From assembly GCA_963847595.1 (NCBI GenBank), contig CAWKAJ010000001.1:601258-665257 (forward strand): a stretch of 64,000 bases of DNA, written 5' to 3'. Below the pieces are notes generated by a model. The model ran no database searches. It was not told the DNA's origin and saw nothing but the letters and a program-made list of their open reading frames with translations. Position 1 is the first letter of the stretch, and each line of letters starts with the position of its first letter. The position numbers were made by a program, and so were the translations under genes. Positions 28,579 through 39,230 of the stretch are shown here, piece after piece. The DNA comes from an uncultured Chloroflexia bacterium. GTDB lineage: Bacteria > Chloroflexota > Dehalococcoidia > SZUA-161.

Positions 28579-30108
28579 ATGAGGATAACAGACGTCAATC
28601 AGCGCAGAGAGCATAAGAGAGATTGGAAAGAGGACTACAAGAGAAAAACGGTCTCGGCTGACGAGGCAGCCAGGGCGGTCAAGTCAGGCGATAGGGTTGC
28701 TTTACCTTTTGCGCATCCCACAGCGGTTCCGTTAGCCCTGGGGAAACGCAAAGATGAGCTGAAAAATGTATATCTGGAGATTAATGCGCCCTGGCTCGAC
28801 CCATGTTGGCTCCAACCGGGCTGCGAAGAGAATTTCTTCGTCGGTGCCATCCACTTCCTGGGACCGGTAGGCCGACCCTCTCACGATGCTAAGATATGCT
28901 CCTTCGTACCCTGTCTGATGTCGCTGCGGGCCAAGCTGTGCGACGAGGAAAGGCTGCATGGACGCAGGGATATCGACGTTTTCATGACCAACGTATCGCC
29001 TCCTGACAAGCATGGCTTTTGCAGCTTCGGCCCGCATATGTGGAACAAGAAGAGCTACGCCACGCGGGCTAAGGTGGTTATCGCCGAGATAGATGAGAAT
29101 ATGGTCTATCCTTACCGGGGCGACAATTTCATTCACGTATCGGATGTTGACTACTTTGTGGAAGCGCCTACGGCCCGCTTCACCGATGAGCAGCTCAGAA
29201 AGCTCGCTACAGAATCGGTTACAGATAAGAAAATGAGGCAGGCCTGGATAGAAGCCCTGCTAATGGGCAACAAGCACGAGCCGGAATACATCGGGCGCGC
29301 AGCCAACATGATAGCGCCGCTGATGAATCTGATGTCGCCCGATTTTTTTACCGGGCTCGTAGGGCTGGAAGAGCCCTATCCCGAGGCCAGGGCTATAGCA
29401 GGCTATGTGAGCGAGATAATCAAAAACGGCGATACCATCGAGATCGGTGCCGGCAGGCCCAGCACATGGCTGCCCCGGGTGGGACTCTTCGATAAATTCG
29501 AAGACCTGGGGATTCACTCCGAGATGTCGGCCTGGGGGCAACATGAGCTAATCAAGGCAGGGGTATTTAATGGGAAAAGGAAGACACTTCATCCGGGAAA
29601 AGCGATTTTCACGGCGCTCGATGGAGCCGGATGGGAAGGCTACCAGTGGATGAGCGATAACCCGCTTGTCGAGATGTACGATGCGGAGTACGTTCATCAC
29701 CCCACCGTCATCGCCCAAAACGAGAATATGGTAGCTATTAACAGCGTCCTTCAAGTCGACCTCACCGGCCAGATAACATGCGAGACGCAGTTCGGCCCCA
29801 GGATGATTAATGGGCCGGGGGGACAGCTAGACTTCCATCTCGGAGCTTTCATGGCGAAGGGGGGTCGAGCAATCAGCGTGTTGCGCACTCTGGCCTTCGG
29901 TGGGTGTTCCACTATTGTTCCCCAGATGCCCGAGGGCTCGTTGGTGACTATACCGCGTCAATTCGCTGATTATGTGGTCACCGAATACGGCATAGCCAGC
30001 CTGGCCGGCAAGAGCCATCGAGAGAGAGCTGAGGAGCTTATTGCCATCGCGCATCCCGATTTTCGTGCGGAGCTAAAAAAGGAAGCTCGTAAGTTGTTCT
30101 GGCCGTAG
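28579..30108 (+). CDS. acetyl-CoA hydrolase/transferase family CoA-transferase (4-hydroxybutyrate/butyryl-CoA:acetate CoA-transferase-like)
   Basis: About 510 aa with an AcetylCoA_hydro N/C two-domain pattern. The start is set at MRITDVNQ (RBS GGAG). The track ORF begins at 28477. Confidence 0.85.
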   Translation: MRITDVNQRREHKRDWKEDYKRKTVSADEAARAVKSGDRVALPFAHPTAVPLALGKRKDELKNVYLEINAPWLDPCWLQPGCEENFFVGAIHFLGPVGRPSHDAKICSFVPCLMSLRAKLCDEERLHGRRDIDVFMTNVSPPDKHGFCSFGPHMWNKKSYATRAKVVIAEIDENMVYPYRGDNFIHVSDVDYFVEAPTARFTDEQLRKLATESVTDKKMRQAWIEALLMGNKHEPEYIGRAANMIAPLMNLMSPDFFTGLVGLEEPYPEARAIAGYVSEIIKNGDTIEIGAGRPSTWLPRVGLFDKFEDLGIHSEMSAWGQHELIKAGVFNGKRKTLHPGKAIFTALDGAGWEGYQWMSDNPLVEMYDAEYVHHPTVIAQNENMVAINSVLQVDLTGQITCETQFGPRMINGPGGQLDFHLGAFMAKGGRAISVLRTLAFGGCSTIVPQMPEGSLVTIPRQFADYVVTEYGIASLAGKSHRERAEELIAIAHPDFRAELKKEARKLFWP

Positions 30109-30228
30109 CGTTTGACAAGGCCTTAAATATAGTGATAACTTGGAGTCGTCTAGAATACTATGGCGGACGGAAATTCAGGGCGCGGGAACTAATCAGGAGG
30201 GTGCCATCTAGAAAAGGTCAGGTGATTT

Positions 30229-31374
30229 GTGGCCAGAATAGCTCAGCGAGGGCTGGTAAAAGCCCAGGAGCTATACGAACATCGGGAGGCGAGAGCACAA
30301 GAGTTATCAAAAAAGGGCAAGAAGGTAATAGGGTATTTCTGTTCTTACACCCCTGTGGAGATTTTCACAGCCCTCGACGTGGTGCCCTACCGCATCCAGG
30401 GCAAGGTGGGTAAGCCGGTTGAGCAGGTCGGGCAATATCTTGAGTCAATTGTATGTCCCTACGTGCGCAGTTGCTTCGACCTCGCCCTGAGCGGCGATTT
30501 CAATTTTCTGTCCGGCGCCATTATCCCCCATACCTGCGATGCGATGCACCGCCTCTATGATATCTGGAAGTACCATCTCAAGCCGCCCTTTAGCTATCAA
30601 CTCTATGTGCCGCATATGACTCACCAGGCTTCTTACGAATTCTTCCAGAAGGAAATAGAGGGCCTCAAGACAGGCCTGGAGCAATTCATGGGGCGTTCGG
30701 CATCCGAGAAGGCCATAATTACGGCGATCAAACTCCATAACCGCAGTCGCGCCTTTCTCAGAGAGCTTTACAATCTGAGGAAAGCTGAGCCGCCGCTCAT
30801 CACAGGCACTGAGGTTATGTGGGTGCTGATCGCGGGGATGACCATACCTATCCAGGAATTCAACGAACTCCTGGAGGACGTCCTTGCGGAGGTCCGCCGC
30901 CGCAAGCCAGGCCCCGATACTAAGCCGCGTCTCCTCATCTCAGGCAGCGAGGTAGATGATGATTCATTGATACGCCTGGTCGAAGAATCCGGAGCCCATG
31001 TAGTAATGGATGACCTGTGCACGGGCACCCGCTTCTTCTGGCATGATGTTGACGCTTCGAAAGGCGCCATCCCTGGGCTCGCCGAACGCTACCTGGGAAT
31101 CACCTGCCCGCGCACTTACAGGCCGGGCAAAGTCCCGCAACGTTTCAGCTATCTGGGTGACTTCATCCGCGACTGGAAAGTACAAGGGGTTATCCTCTAC
31201 ACCATCAGATTCTGCGACACCTATCAATTAGATGCACCTGAGATGAAAGATTATATACAGAGCTTAGGTCTACCCGTGCTCTTCCTCGAGGATACCTACA
31301 TCACCTCTCCTTTAGGGCAGTGGAAGACCAGGGTCGAAGCCTTCCTGGAAACGATCGAGGCACGAAGGGAGTAA
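30229..31374 (+). CDS. 2-hydroxyacyl-CoA dehydratase family subunit (HgdB/HadC/BcrB-like, HGD-D family)
   Basis: 381 aa. GYFCSYTPVEIFTALDVVPYRIQG and HTCDAMHRLYDIWKY motifs characterise the D-component family. Confidence 0.8.
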   Translation: MARIAQRGLVKAQELYEHREARAQELSKKGKKVIGYFCSYTPVEIFTALDVVPYRIQGKVGKPVEQVGQYLESIVCPYVRSCFDLALSGDFNFLSGAIIPHTCDAMHRLYDIWKYHLKPPFSYQLYVPHMTHQASYEFFQKEIEGLKTGLEQFMGRSASEKAIITAIKLHNRSRAFLRELYNLRKAEPPLITGTEVMWVLIAGMTIPIQEFNELLEDVLAEVRRRKPGPDTKPRLLISGSEVDDDSLIRLVEESGAHVVMDDLCTGTRFFWHDVDASKGAIPGLAERYLGITCPRTYRPGKVPQRFSYLGDFIRDWKVQGVILYTIRFCDTYQLDAPEMKDYIQSLGLPVLFLEDTYITSPLGQWKTRVEAFLETIEARRE

Positions 31375-31378
31375 AGCC

Positions 31379-32707
31379 ATGGCGGAAGAGACCAAAACAG
31401 AACCCAAGCAAAAAACAAGCTCTGCCAAATCCACCGAGTCGGCAGGTAAAATACGCCTCATAGTTAAGCGCATGTATAAAAAGGCGCAGCAGGCTAAAGA
31501 GGAGAACCGCAAAGTAGCCTATTGCATGGTCATGTGCAACTACGAGGAAATCCTGGAGGCGATGGACGTTGTGCAGGTCTATACCGAGAACTACGCCGGC
31601 CTCTGCGCAGTCAAGAGAGAGGCCGAGCAATATATGAAGAAGGCGCAGGCTGAAGGATACTCCGATGTCCTGTGTGGTTACACTCAGGTAGGTATAGGCT
31701 TCGATGCCTGGCGACACGAACTGGGGGGAGCCATGCCGCCCGATGCCCCCGATGGGGGCATGCCGGAACCGGATATGCTTCTCGGGTGCAGTATGGGCTG
31801 CGACCCCCGCTGGAAATGGTACCAGGCTCTGGGGCGATACAAGGACACTCCAATCTATAACATGGAAGTCCTCATGCCACCCAGCGATGCCGATTTCGAC
31901 GCCATCAGGGATTACTACGTTCGCTACATGGCCGAGGAGCTCAGAGGGCTAATCGCATTCCTGGAAAAACTTACCAGCAAGAAGATGGACTACGACCGCC
32001 TCGCGTTAATCGTGAAGCAAGTGGAGGAAACAAGACAGTGGTGGCGCAAAGCCTACGACCTGAGAAAGGCCATCCCCTGCCCGATGTCCACCCAGGACCA
32101 CTTCGTCATTTTTGTGCCCCACCACATGCTGCTCACCGACCCCCTGACTCTGGATTTCTACAAAGGCCTTTACCAGGAGCTGAAAGAGAGAGTGGACAAT
32201 AAGATAGGCGTTATCGATGAGGAGAAGTATCGCCTGCTCTGGGGCGTGGGCATACCGCCCTGGCACAGCATGTATATACTCGACTACTTCCAGGAATTCG
32301 GTGCGGTCTTCGCCGCCGAGACCGCCTACATGATACCCGAACCCTTCGAGATGCCTAACCATATCAAGGATCCGGTGGAGCTAATCGCACTGCGCGCCTT
32401 TGAACGTAATAGCGCCTTGCAACGGAGGGGCAAAGAAGCAGGAGGAGTCCCTCCCCTCGCCCAGGCACACCTGGAGCGTATCAAGGACTTCAGCATCGAT
32501 GGAACAGTGATGCATGTCACACGCTCTTGCAGAGCGGCTACCATGGGTCAGATTCTGGTCAGACAGGTTATTCGTGACTACTATCCTCAAATGCCCGTGA
32601 TGTTCATGGAAAGCGACATCGTTGACGTCGATACTTACTCGGAAGCCGAGACGAAGAACCAGATAGATACTTTCATGGAGATGGTAGCCGCTTATAAGAA
32701 ATCCTAA
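31379..32707 (+). CDS. 2-hydroxyacyl-CoA dehydratase family subunit (HgdA/HadB/BcrC-like)
   Basis: 442 aa, partner of the preceding gene (4-nt intergenic gap). The Cys pattern (CNYEE...LCGYT...GCSMGCD) is HGD-D-like. Confidence 0.8.
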   Translation: MAEETKTEPKQKTSSAKSTESAGKIRLIVKRMYKKAQQAKEENRKVAYCMVMCNYEEILEAMDVVQVYTENYAGLCAVKREAEQYMKKAQAEGYSDVLCGYTQVGIGFDAWRHELGGAMPPDAPDGGMPEPDMLLGCSMGCDPRWKWYQALGRYKDTPIYNMEVLMPPSDADFDAIRDYYVRYMAEELRGLIAFLEKLTSKKMDYDRLALIVKQVEETRQWWRKAYDLRKAIPCPMSTQDHFVIFVPHHMLLTDPLTLDFYKGLYQELKERVDNKIGVIDEEKYRLLWGVGIPPWHSMYILDYFQEFGAVFAAETAYMIPEPFEMPNHIKDPVELIALRAFERNSALQRRGKEAGGVPPLAQAHLERIKDFSIDGTVMHVTRSCRAATMGQILVRQVIRDYYPQMPVMFMESDIVDVDTYSEAETKNQIDTFMEMVAAYKKS

Positions 32708-32728
32708 CAGATTGCAGAGGAGACGCAG

Positions 32729-33931
32729 ATGCCTAAGAGGCCATTGGAAGGTATCAGGGTACTGGACTGGACAGCCTGGCAGGCGGGACCCGTAGCAACT
32801 ACATTGCTGGCAGACATGGGCGCTGAGGTAATCAAGATAGAGCCGCCGGAGGGCGAGCCCGGCCGGGGTATGCTCAAGATGTACGGCGCAGATTTACCAC
32901 TGAACTTCTATTATCAGAGCCAAAATCGAGGCAAGAAAGGTATCGTTCTGAACCTGGCGACGGAGAAGGGCAAAAAGGTCCTTTATGAGCTGGTAAAGAA
33001 ATCCGATGTCTTCGTAACCAACTTCCGTGAAAGCGTGACCAAAAGGTTGAAGGTGGACTATAATACCTTAAAGAAGCACAATCCCAAACTCATCTACTGT
33101 TTGAGTTCGGGCCTCGGACCGAAGGGGCCTGAGGCCGATAGGATGTTCGCCGACTTCGCCGGTCAGGCAAGGGGCGGCTTGCTCAGCATCACTCAATCGG
33201 AAGACGATGTGCCGACATTTATAGGGGCTGGCTTTGCCGACGAGGTTGGCGGATTATTAGCAGCCTATGGAGTGCTGCTAGCCATCATCGCTAGAGAGCG
33301 GTTCGGCATAGGCCAGAGGGTGGACGCCTCTCTGCTGGGCGGGCAGATCGAGATGGGACGCCTTCAATTGCAGATGTACTTTATGATGGGCATCCTTCCC
33401 CCAACTTCAGTGATGAAAGCTATTAGAAATCCGCTATATTATGTCTACCAGGACTGCGATGGTAAATGGTTTGTTATCGCCGCACTTCAGGCAGACAGGT
33501 TCTGGTCTGATTTCTGCAAGGTATTCTGCATCGAAGGGCTGGAGAAAGATGAAAAATTCTGCAACCAGATATGCAGGGGGCAGAATTTCGATGAGCTTAA
33601 GCCCAGACTGTTTGAGATCGCTCGCTCTAAGCCCAGAAGCGAATGGCTGAAGAAGCTGGACGAGGCCGGAATTCCCGCAGCGCCGGTTAACGATTATGCC
33701 GATGTGGAGAAAGATCCTCAGGTGATACTCAACGAATACATCGTGGAAATAGACGACCCCATCCATGGAAAGGTCAAAGTGCCGGGCATCCCTGTGAAAC
33801 TGAGTAAGACACCGGGCAAGGTAGAGAAACTTGCCCCTGAGCTTGGCCAACATACAGAAGAGGTGTTAATGGAAGTTCTGGGCTATACCTGGGACGACCT
33901 GGCTAAATTGAGAGAAGCAGGAGTGTACTAA
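32729..33931 (+). CDS. family III CoA-transferase (CaiB/BaiF/Frc-like)
   Basis: MPKRPLEGIRVLDWTAWQAGPVATTLLADMGAEVIKIEPPEGEPGR is the canonical N-terminus. 400 aa. Confidence 0.9.
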   Translation: MPKRPLEGIRVLDWTAWQAGPVATTLLADMGAEVIKIEPPEGEPGRGMLKMYGADLPLNFYYQSQNRGKKGIVLNLATEKGKKVLYELVKKSDVFVTNFRESVTKRLKVDYNTLKKHNPKLIYCLSSGLGPKGPEADRMFADFAGQARGGLLSITQSEDDVPTFIGAGFADEVGGLLAAYGVLLAIIARERFGIGQRVDASLLGGQIEMGRLQLQMYFMMGILPPTSVMKAIRNPLYYVYQDCDGKWFVIAALQADRFWSDFCKVFCIEGLEKDEKFCNQICRGQNFDELKPRLFEIARSKPRSEWLKKLDEAGIPAAPVNDYADVEKDPQVILNEYIVEIDDPIHGKVKVPGIPVKLSKTPGKVEKLAPELGQHTEEVLMEVLGYTWDDLAKLREAGVY

Positions 33932-35007
33932 TGGCGAAGAGAATTCTTGCCGAGGGCAATGAGGCTGTAGGTTGGGGAGCGTTAAGCGCCGGATGCAAAT
34001 GCTTTTTCGGCTACCCCATAACACCGCAAAACGAAGTCATGGAGTTACTGGCAAAGGAGTTGCCTGACAGGGGCGGGGTTTTCATCCAGTCTCAGTGTGA
34101 GACTGGCGCGATAAACATGCTCTATGGGGCCGCTGCAGGCGGGGTCAGGGCCATGACCTCCACCGCCAGCCCGGGCTGGGCGTTGATGCAAGAAGGCTTG
34201 TCTGACATGGCTGGCGCCAACCTCCCGGGTGTAATCGTATTAGTACAGAGAATCGGGCCCGGTGTTCAAAGAGTGGAACATGCCCAGATGGACTACAACA
34301 GCGCTACCAAAGGCGGAGTCGGTGGCTATAAGAACATCGTTCTCGCTCCATCCTCCGTCCAGGAAACCCATGACCTTATGCAGCTTGCTTTCCATCTGGC
34401 AGACAAGTATCGGCATCCTACGGTGGTGCTGACCGAAGGAATAATGGGACATGTGATTGAGCCTCTAGAGATCAAAACGATAGACTTCGAACCCCTGCCT
34501 GAGAAGGACTGGGCACTACAAGGTCGCGGCAAACATAAAGATGGGAAATATCGTGAACTGGGGCCCAGCTACCATCCGCTGTACGATGGAACCTATCTTA
34601 ACTACCTTAACGCACTTCGAGAGAAATACAAGGCGATGGAGTCTGAACTGAGGTATGAAGAATACAAGATTCAAGGAGCCAAGGTTATTCTTGTCGCTTA
34701 TGGTTACTGCTCCAGGGTCGCCAAGGAAGCAGTAGATATGGCCCGGGCTGAAGGGCTCAAAGCAGGAATGTTGCGTCCCATAACGCTCTGGCCATTCCCA
34801 TACCAGCCACTTCGCGACAAGGCCGGTAAGGGGCGCAAATTTATCGCTGTTGAAGACAGCCTCGGCCAGATGGTCGATGATGTCAAGATGGCTGTCGAAG
34901 GTAAATCCGAGGTCTGCCTGGCAGACGTGACCTTCCGCCATATGCCTTCCGAGGAAGGCATGATCCTTCCGGGCAGGTTATTGCAGGAGATAAGGAGAAT
35001 GCTATGA
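33931..35007 (+). CDS. 2-oxoacid:ferredoxin oxidoreductase alpha subunit
   Basis: MAKRILAEGNEAVGWGALSAGCKCFFGYPITPQNEV... is the KorA/PorA-type N-terminus. The start overlaps the upstream stop (TAATG). Confidence 0.9.
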   Translation: MAKRILAEGNEAVGWGALSAGCKCFFGYPITPQNEVMELLAKELPDRGGVFIQSQCETGAINMLYGAAAGGVRAMTSTASPGWALMQEGLSDMAGANLPGVIVLVQRIGPGVQRVEHAQMDYNSATKGGVGGYKNIVLAPSSVQETHDLMQLAFHLADKYRHPTVVLTEGIMGHVIEPLEIKTIDFEPLPEKDWALQGRGKHKDGKYRELGPSYHPLYDGTYLNYLNALREKYKAMESELRYEEYKIQGAKVILVAYGYCSRVAKEAVDMARAEGLKAGMLRPITLWPFPYQPLRDKAGKGRKFIAVEDSLGQMVDDVKMAVEGKSEVCLADVTFRHMPSEEGMILPGRLLQEIRRML

Positions 35008-35795
35008 GCGAGAAGACAAAAGAAGTAGCGAAGCAAGTCGTTGTCGAAAAGCCGCTGCTTTTACGGGGCGAGGCCTGGATGGACATTATATGGGACCTTT
35101 TCTGCCCTGGCTGCCAGATACCGCTTGTGGGCCGCCTCGTCGCTGAGTCCCTCGAGGAACTAGGCATCGGGGATAAGGCTATTATGGTAGGCTGTGTTGG
35201 CTGCACGGGCATCTTGATAGCCAGTCTCACCATGGATAGAGTGAGCCCGGCCCACGGCCGGGGGCCCGATGTAGCCACCGCGCTCAAGCGTCTTCACCCG
35301 GACACGGTTGTCTTCACCGTGCAGGGTGACGGAGACTGTATCGCCATCGGGGCAGGCTCTCTGGTTGGTGCCTTAACCCGCGCTGAGAAGATTACCGTAA
35401 TCATGATTAACAATACCAACTACGGCACCACCGGCGGTCAGCTCGCGCCTACAACCCTCACCGGGCAGGTAACCAGCACCACCCCCAGGGGAAGAAACCC
35501 GAGCGTGGAGGGATATCCCATGCACACCGCTGAGATGGTAGCTACATTCAAAGGGGCTGCCTACAGCGCCCGGGGTTCGCTGCATACCCCTGCCGATTAC
35601 CAGAGAACAAAGAAATATATCAGGACTGCCTTCCAGAGGCAGATAGAGGGGGTGGGGCTCAGCTTCGTTGAAGTAATCGCAGCCTGCCCCGTTAATTGGC
35701 ATATGACTCCAGTGCAGGCCCTGGACTGGATAGGCGAAAAGGTAGTCCCTGAATTCCCTCTGGGCGAGTTCAAAAACGTCACTCATATCGAATAG
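35004..35795 (+). CDS. 2-oxoacid:ferredoxin oxidoreductase beta subunit (TPP-binding)
   Basis: CPGCQ...GCVGCTG and GDGD TPP-binding motifs. RBS AAGGAG. ATGA overlap with the alpha-subunit stop. Confidence 0.9.
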   Translation: MSEKTKEVAKQVVVEKPLLLRGEAWMDIIWDLFCPGCQIPLVGRLVAESLEELGIGDKAIMVGCVGCTGILIASLTMDRVSPAHGRGPDVATALKRLHPDTVVFTVQGDGDCIAIGAGSLVGALTRAEKITVIMINNTNYGTTGGQLAPTTLTGQVTSTTPRGRNPSVEGYPMHTAEMVATFKGAAYSARGSLHTPADYQRTKKYIRTAFQRQIEGVGLSFVEVIAACPVNWHMTPVQALDWIGEKVVPEFPLGEFKNVTHIE

Positions 35796-35817
35796 ACACG
35801 AAAGCGGGAGAAAAAGG

Positions 35818-36384
35818 ATGAAACAGACCAAAAATTCCAGAGGCGAGTTGATTATAGCCGGACTGGGCGGCATGGGCGTTCTCTCAGCCGGCCAGGTCTT
35901 GCTGGAGGCAGCCTTCCAGCAGTTCAAGTATGTATCCTATACTCCCACCTACGGTTTTGCCAAACGCGGCGGGCTTTGCCAGTGCACTGTTATCTTTTCC
36001 AATAAAGAGATCACCTCTCCGCTGATCGAGCAGGTACAGACGGTGATGTTTCTCGATAGCTCCCAGTTTGAGACTTTTGAGCCCAGGGTACGCCCCGGAG
36101 GGATTATTATTGCAGAGAAGGCCAGCATGTATGCTGAGAGAGGCAGGAAAGACTACAAGCTATATGAACTGCCCGGGCTTGAGATCGCCGTAAGCATGGG
36201 CGCGAGCCAGGTTAATAATTTCATCATGCTGGGTGCGTACGCTGCGATTACAGGGGCAGTCTCACCGGCGCATATCGAAGCCGAACTCGATAGGAGATAT
36301 GGAAAAGACAAGAAGGTATACGAGCGAAATCTGAGCGCCTTCAAGCGTGGCCTCGAGTTGGGGCAGAGCGCTGAATGCATGTAA
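35818..36384 (+). CDS. 2-oxoacid:ferredoxin oxidoreductase gamma subunit
   Basis: 188 aa. MKQTKNSRGELIIAGLGGMGVLSAGQVLLEAAF is the typical gamma-subunit N-terminus. Confidence 0.85.
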   Translation: MKQTKNSRGELIIAGLGGMGVLSAGQVLLEAAFQQFKYVSYTPTYGFAKRGGLCQCTVIFSNKEITSPLIEQVQTVMFLDSSQFETFEPRVRPGGIIIAEKASMYAERGRKDYKLYELPGLEIAVSMGASQVNNFIMLGAYAAITGAVSPAHIEAELDRRYGKDKKVYERNLSAFKRGLELGQSAECM

Positions 36385-36398
36385 GGTAAGAAGGTGAA

Positions 36399-38081
36399 AT
36401 GATAGGAGCAGAGGTCGTATGCAGCATCCTGAAAAATGAGGGTGTGAAGTATGTTTTTGGCGTTCCCGGCAACAGCGAAGTGCCCCTCCTGGATGCCCTG
36501 GCCCAGACCAAAGGAATAAGGTATATCAGCGCAATCCATGAGTCTGTCTCCATGGGGATGGCAGATGGCTACGCCCGAGCCTCAGAAAACGTGGGGGTGG
36601 TGCTGGTGCACACTACACCGGGAACTGCCAATATCATAGGGAACTTGAGCAATGCCTACGATGCCGGCACGCCCCTCGTAGTTATCGCAGGACAGCAGGA
36701 CTCGCGCCTCCAGTGGTGCGACTCTCTATTGGACTCCGACATTCTGCCCATGGTGAGCCAGCATACCAAAGACCGTTGGCGAGTGAACCGCGTCGAGGAT
36801 ATAGCTATAGCGCTGAACCGTGCATTCAAAGAAGCCTCGACTCCGCCGAGAGGGCCGGTATTTCTAGTAATTCCCCGGGACCTGCAGTCTCAGGCTTTGA
36901 CTACTGAGTACCACCCAACCCCGCGCCGCCAGGTGCCCATGTCCGTGAGACCAGATCAAGAGTATTTAAAAAAAGCAGCCCAGCTTCTAGTTGCCGCAAA
37001 GCAACCTGCCATCATGGCTGGTTCGCAGGTGCCCGGCGACGATGCCATTGCCGAGCTTACCGAATTGGCAGAGTTGCTCGGCGCCCCGGTATTTACCACC
37101 GGCCTGGTTCCCACGTTTATTTTCCCCACGAATCACCCGCTTTATTACGGCAGAGTACCGCCTATAGGTTTCGGTCTCCCCGGACTGGACAGCCCTGCCG
37201 ATGTGCTCGTGGCAGTGGGTAGCAGACTGTTCAAGCAGCTATTCTATATCGAGGGACCGATAATACCACCAAGCACTAAATTAATTCACATTGACCATGA
37301 CCCCAAAACGCTGTCCAGAGAATGTCCGGCAGAGGTAGCACTGGTAGGCAGCCCCAAGGCCATCCTTGCCGAACTGGCAACTGAGGTCAAGAAGCTCATG
37401 TCGCCCCGGCAGCGCCAGAGGAGCCAGCAAAGATTCAAAAAGCTGCAAAAGGGACATGAACAAGCCAAGGCAGCCTGTGCAGCGGACTTCAAGAAAGAAT
37501 GCAATGACGTGCCTATGCGGCCGTCGCGTGCCATCAAAGAGATCTCTAACGCTTTACCTCCAGACAGCGTAGTGGTAGATGAGGCCGTGATGCTTACCAG
37601 CTACGTGGCAAGCATCATGGAGTTCACCAAACCGGGAAGCTACTTCTGCTCCATCACTTCCCTGGGATGGGGCCTCCCCGCCTCACTTGGGGTGGGGTTG
37701 GCTAATTCTCGAAAGCCGGTGGTGGCGCTGGTGGGAGACGGCTCAGCTCTCTTCGGCATCCAGGCTTTGTGGTCGGCCGCCAAATACCGGATCCCCGTGG
37801 TCGTGGTAGTGCTCAACAACCGGGGCTATGCCGCCGTCAAGTGGGGTCTCGCCTCGTACCCGGACAGGAAATCAAGAGAAGGGGCTGACCTCGGCTACGA
37901 CCTGGGCAATGTCGATTTCCCTAAGCTGGCTCAATCCTTCGGTGTCAGTGGCCAACGCATCGAGAAGCCAGGCGAGATTGTGCCTGCATTGAAAAGAGCT
38001 ATCAGGGGCAGAAAGCCCGCCCTGCTCGACATTATGGTCGACCCCAGAGATGTAGGCTATGGCATGCCCCGCCTATCCTGA
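36399..38081 (+). CDS. thiamine-pyrophosphate enzyme of the ALS/POX/oxalyl-CoA-decarboxylase/2-hydroxyacyl-CoA-lyase superfamily
   Basis: 560 aa with a three-domain TPP pattern (GVPGNSEVPLLDAL, GTANIIGNL...PLVVIAGQQD, C-terminal GDG..N motif region). The specific function cannot be determined. Confidence 0.85.
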   Translation: MIGAEVVCSILKNEGVKYVFGVPGNSEVPLLDALAQTKGIRYISAIHESVSMGMADGYARASENVGVVLVHTTPGTANIIGNLSNAYDAGTPLVVIAGQQDSRLQWCDSLLDSDILPMVSQHTKDRWRVNRVEDIAIALNRAFKEASTPPRGPVFLVIPRDLQSQALTTEYHPTPRRQVPMSVRPDQEYLKKAAQLLVAAKQPAIMAGSQVPGDDAIAELTELAELLGAPVFTTGLVPTFIFPTNHPLYYGRVPPIGFGLPGLDSPADVLVAVGSRLFKQLFYIEGPIIPPSTKLIHIDHDPKTLSRECPAEVALVGSPKAILAELATEVKKLMSPRQRQRSQQRFKKLQKGHEQAKAACAADFKKECNDVPMRPSRAIKEISNALPPDSVVVDEAVMLTSYVASIMEFTKPGSYFCSITSLGWGLPASLGVGLANSRKPVVALVGDGSALFGIQALWSAAKYRIPVVVVVLNNRGYAAVKWGLASYPDRKSREGADLGYDLGNVDFPKLAQSFGVSGQRIEKPGEIVPALKRAIRGRKPALLDIMVDPRDVGYGMPRLS

Positions 38082-38166
38082 TCGTAGCAGATTGTAAGAG
38101 GTGCCCTCCTTCCCTGGAAGGATGGGGGACACAGGGGTTGAAGAACTTAGGCTGAAGGGAGGAACA

Positions 38167-39210
38167 ATGGCCTTTAAAGCGGTTGACATCCTGGGAATAT
38201 CCATGCTGCAGGACTATGCCAAGATGTTCAAAGATGCCGGGGTAGACGTTGAACTTGTGGTAAACGCCTGCCCTCTGGGGCCCACCGAGGACGAAATCAT
38301 CGCCGCAGCGAAAGATGCCGATGCTGTGATTGCGCAGGTTTCCTACCAGTGCCTTACCAGAAAAGTTCTGAGCAACTTGAAGACGTGTAAGTTAATTACC
38401 AGCATTGGCATTGGTTACGAGAATATAGATGTAGCAGCAGCCACTGAATTCGGTATCATGGCTGCCAACGTACCGGATGCCAACATAGAAGATGTGTCAG
38501 ACCATACCATGGGGCTTATACTGGCCTGCACCAGGCGGATTGTGCAGTTAAATAACGTCGTTAAAAAGGGAGGCTGGACCTCAGTAGCCTCTCCCCAAAT
38601 CATCGGAGATGTATGGCCGCATCTATCGAGGCTGAGGGGGCAAACTCTGGGGCTTATTGCCTTCGGCAAAATTCCGCGAGCTTTGGTACCCAAGGCCAGG
38701 GGCTTCGGGCTGAAGATTATGGTCTACGACCCCTACCTGCCGCCAGATATAATCCGCAGGTTCGATGTGGAACAGGTAGACCTGGACCGGTTGCTTGCGG
38801 ATTCCGACATCGTTTCCATACATACGCCGTTGACCGCGGAGACGAAACATATCCTGGGACTCAAGGAATTGAAGAAGATGAAACCCACCGCTTGCCTCAT
38901 CAATACCGCTCGCGGCGGTGTCGTTGACCATAAGGCGCTGTACACAGCCTTAACCAAAGGATACATTGCCGCAGCAGCCTTCGATGTCACCGAACCGGAA
39001 CCAATCAATCCGGATAACCCCTTGTTGAAGCTGGATAACTTCATCGTAACGGCCCACTCCGCTGGCCTGTCGCCACAGGCTCTCGCCGAAATGCAGCGCC
39101 GTCCCGGCGAGGAAATCATCAGGGTGGTTCAAGGTAGATGGCCCTTTGGGTTGGTCAACCCCGAGGTCAAAACCAAGTTCATCAAAAAGTGGGGGAAAGC
39201 TCTCAAGTAA
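38167..39210 (+). CDS. D-isomer-specific 2-hydroxyacid dehydrogenase (NAD-binding)
   Basis: About 347 aa with the 2-Hacid_dh pattern (GLIAFGKIPRAL...HTPLT...NTARGGVVD...TAHSAG). The start is set at MAFKAVD (RBS GGGAGG). The track ORF begins at 38101. Confidence 0.85.
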   Translation: MAFKAVDILGISMLQDYAKMFKDAGVDVELVVNACPLGPTEDEIIAAAKDADAVIAQVSYQCLTRKVLSNLKTCKLITSIGIGYENIDVAAATEFGIMAANVPDANIEDVSDHTMGLILACTRRIVQLNNVVKKGGWTSVASPQIIGDVWPHLSRLRGQTLGLIAFGKIPRALVPKARGFGLKIMVYDPYLPPDIIRRFDVEQVDLDRLLADSDIVSIHTPLTAETKHILGLKELKKMKPTACLINTARGGVVDHKALYTALTKGYIAAAAFDVTEPEPINPDNPLLKLDNFIVTAHSAGLSPQALAEMQRRPGEEIIRVVQGRWPFGLVNPEVKTKFIKKWGKALK

Positions 39211-39230
39211 CCGTGTCGTTTAGGAACTGA

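Noticed and set aside
30229-32707. Calling the HgdAB-like pair a specific 2-hydroxyglutaryl-CoA dehydratase
   Set aside because: The family also includes phenyllactate, isocaproate and lactyl-CoA dehydratases and BcrBC-type ring reductase subunits. Without an activator gene or phylogeny, the substrate cannot be assigned.
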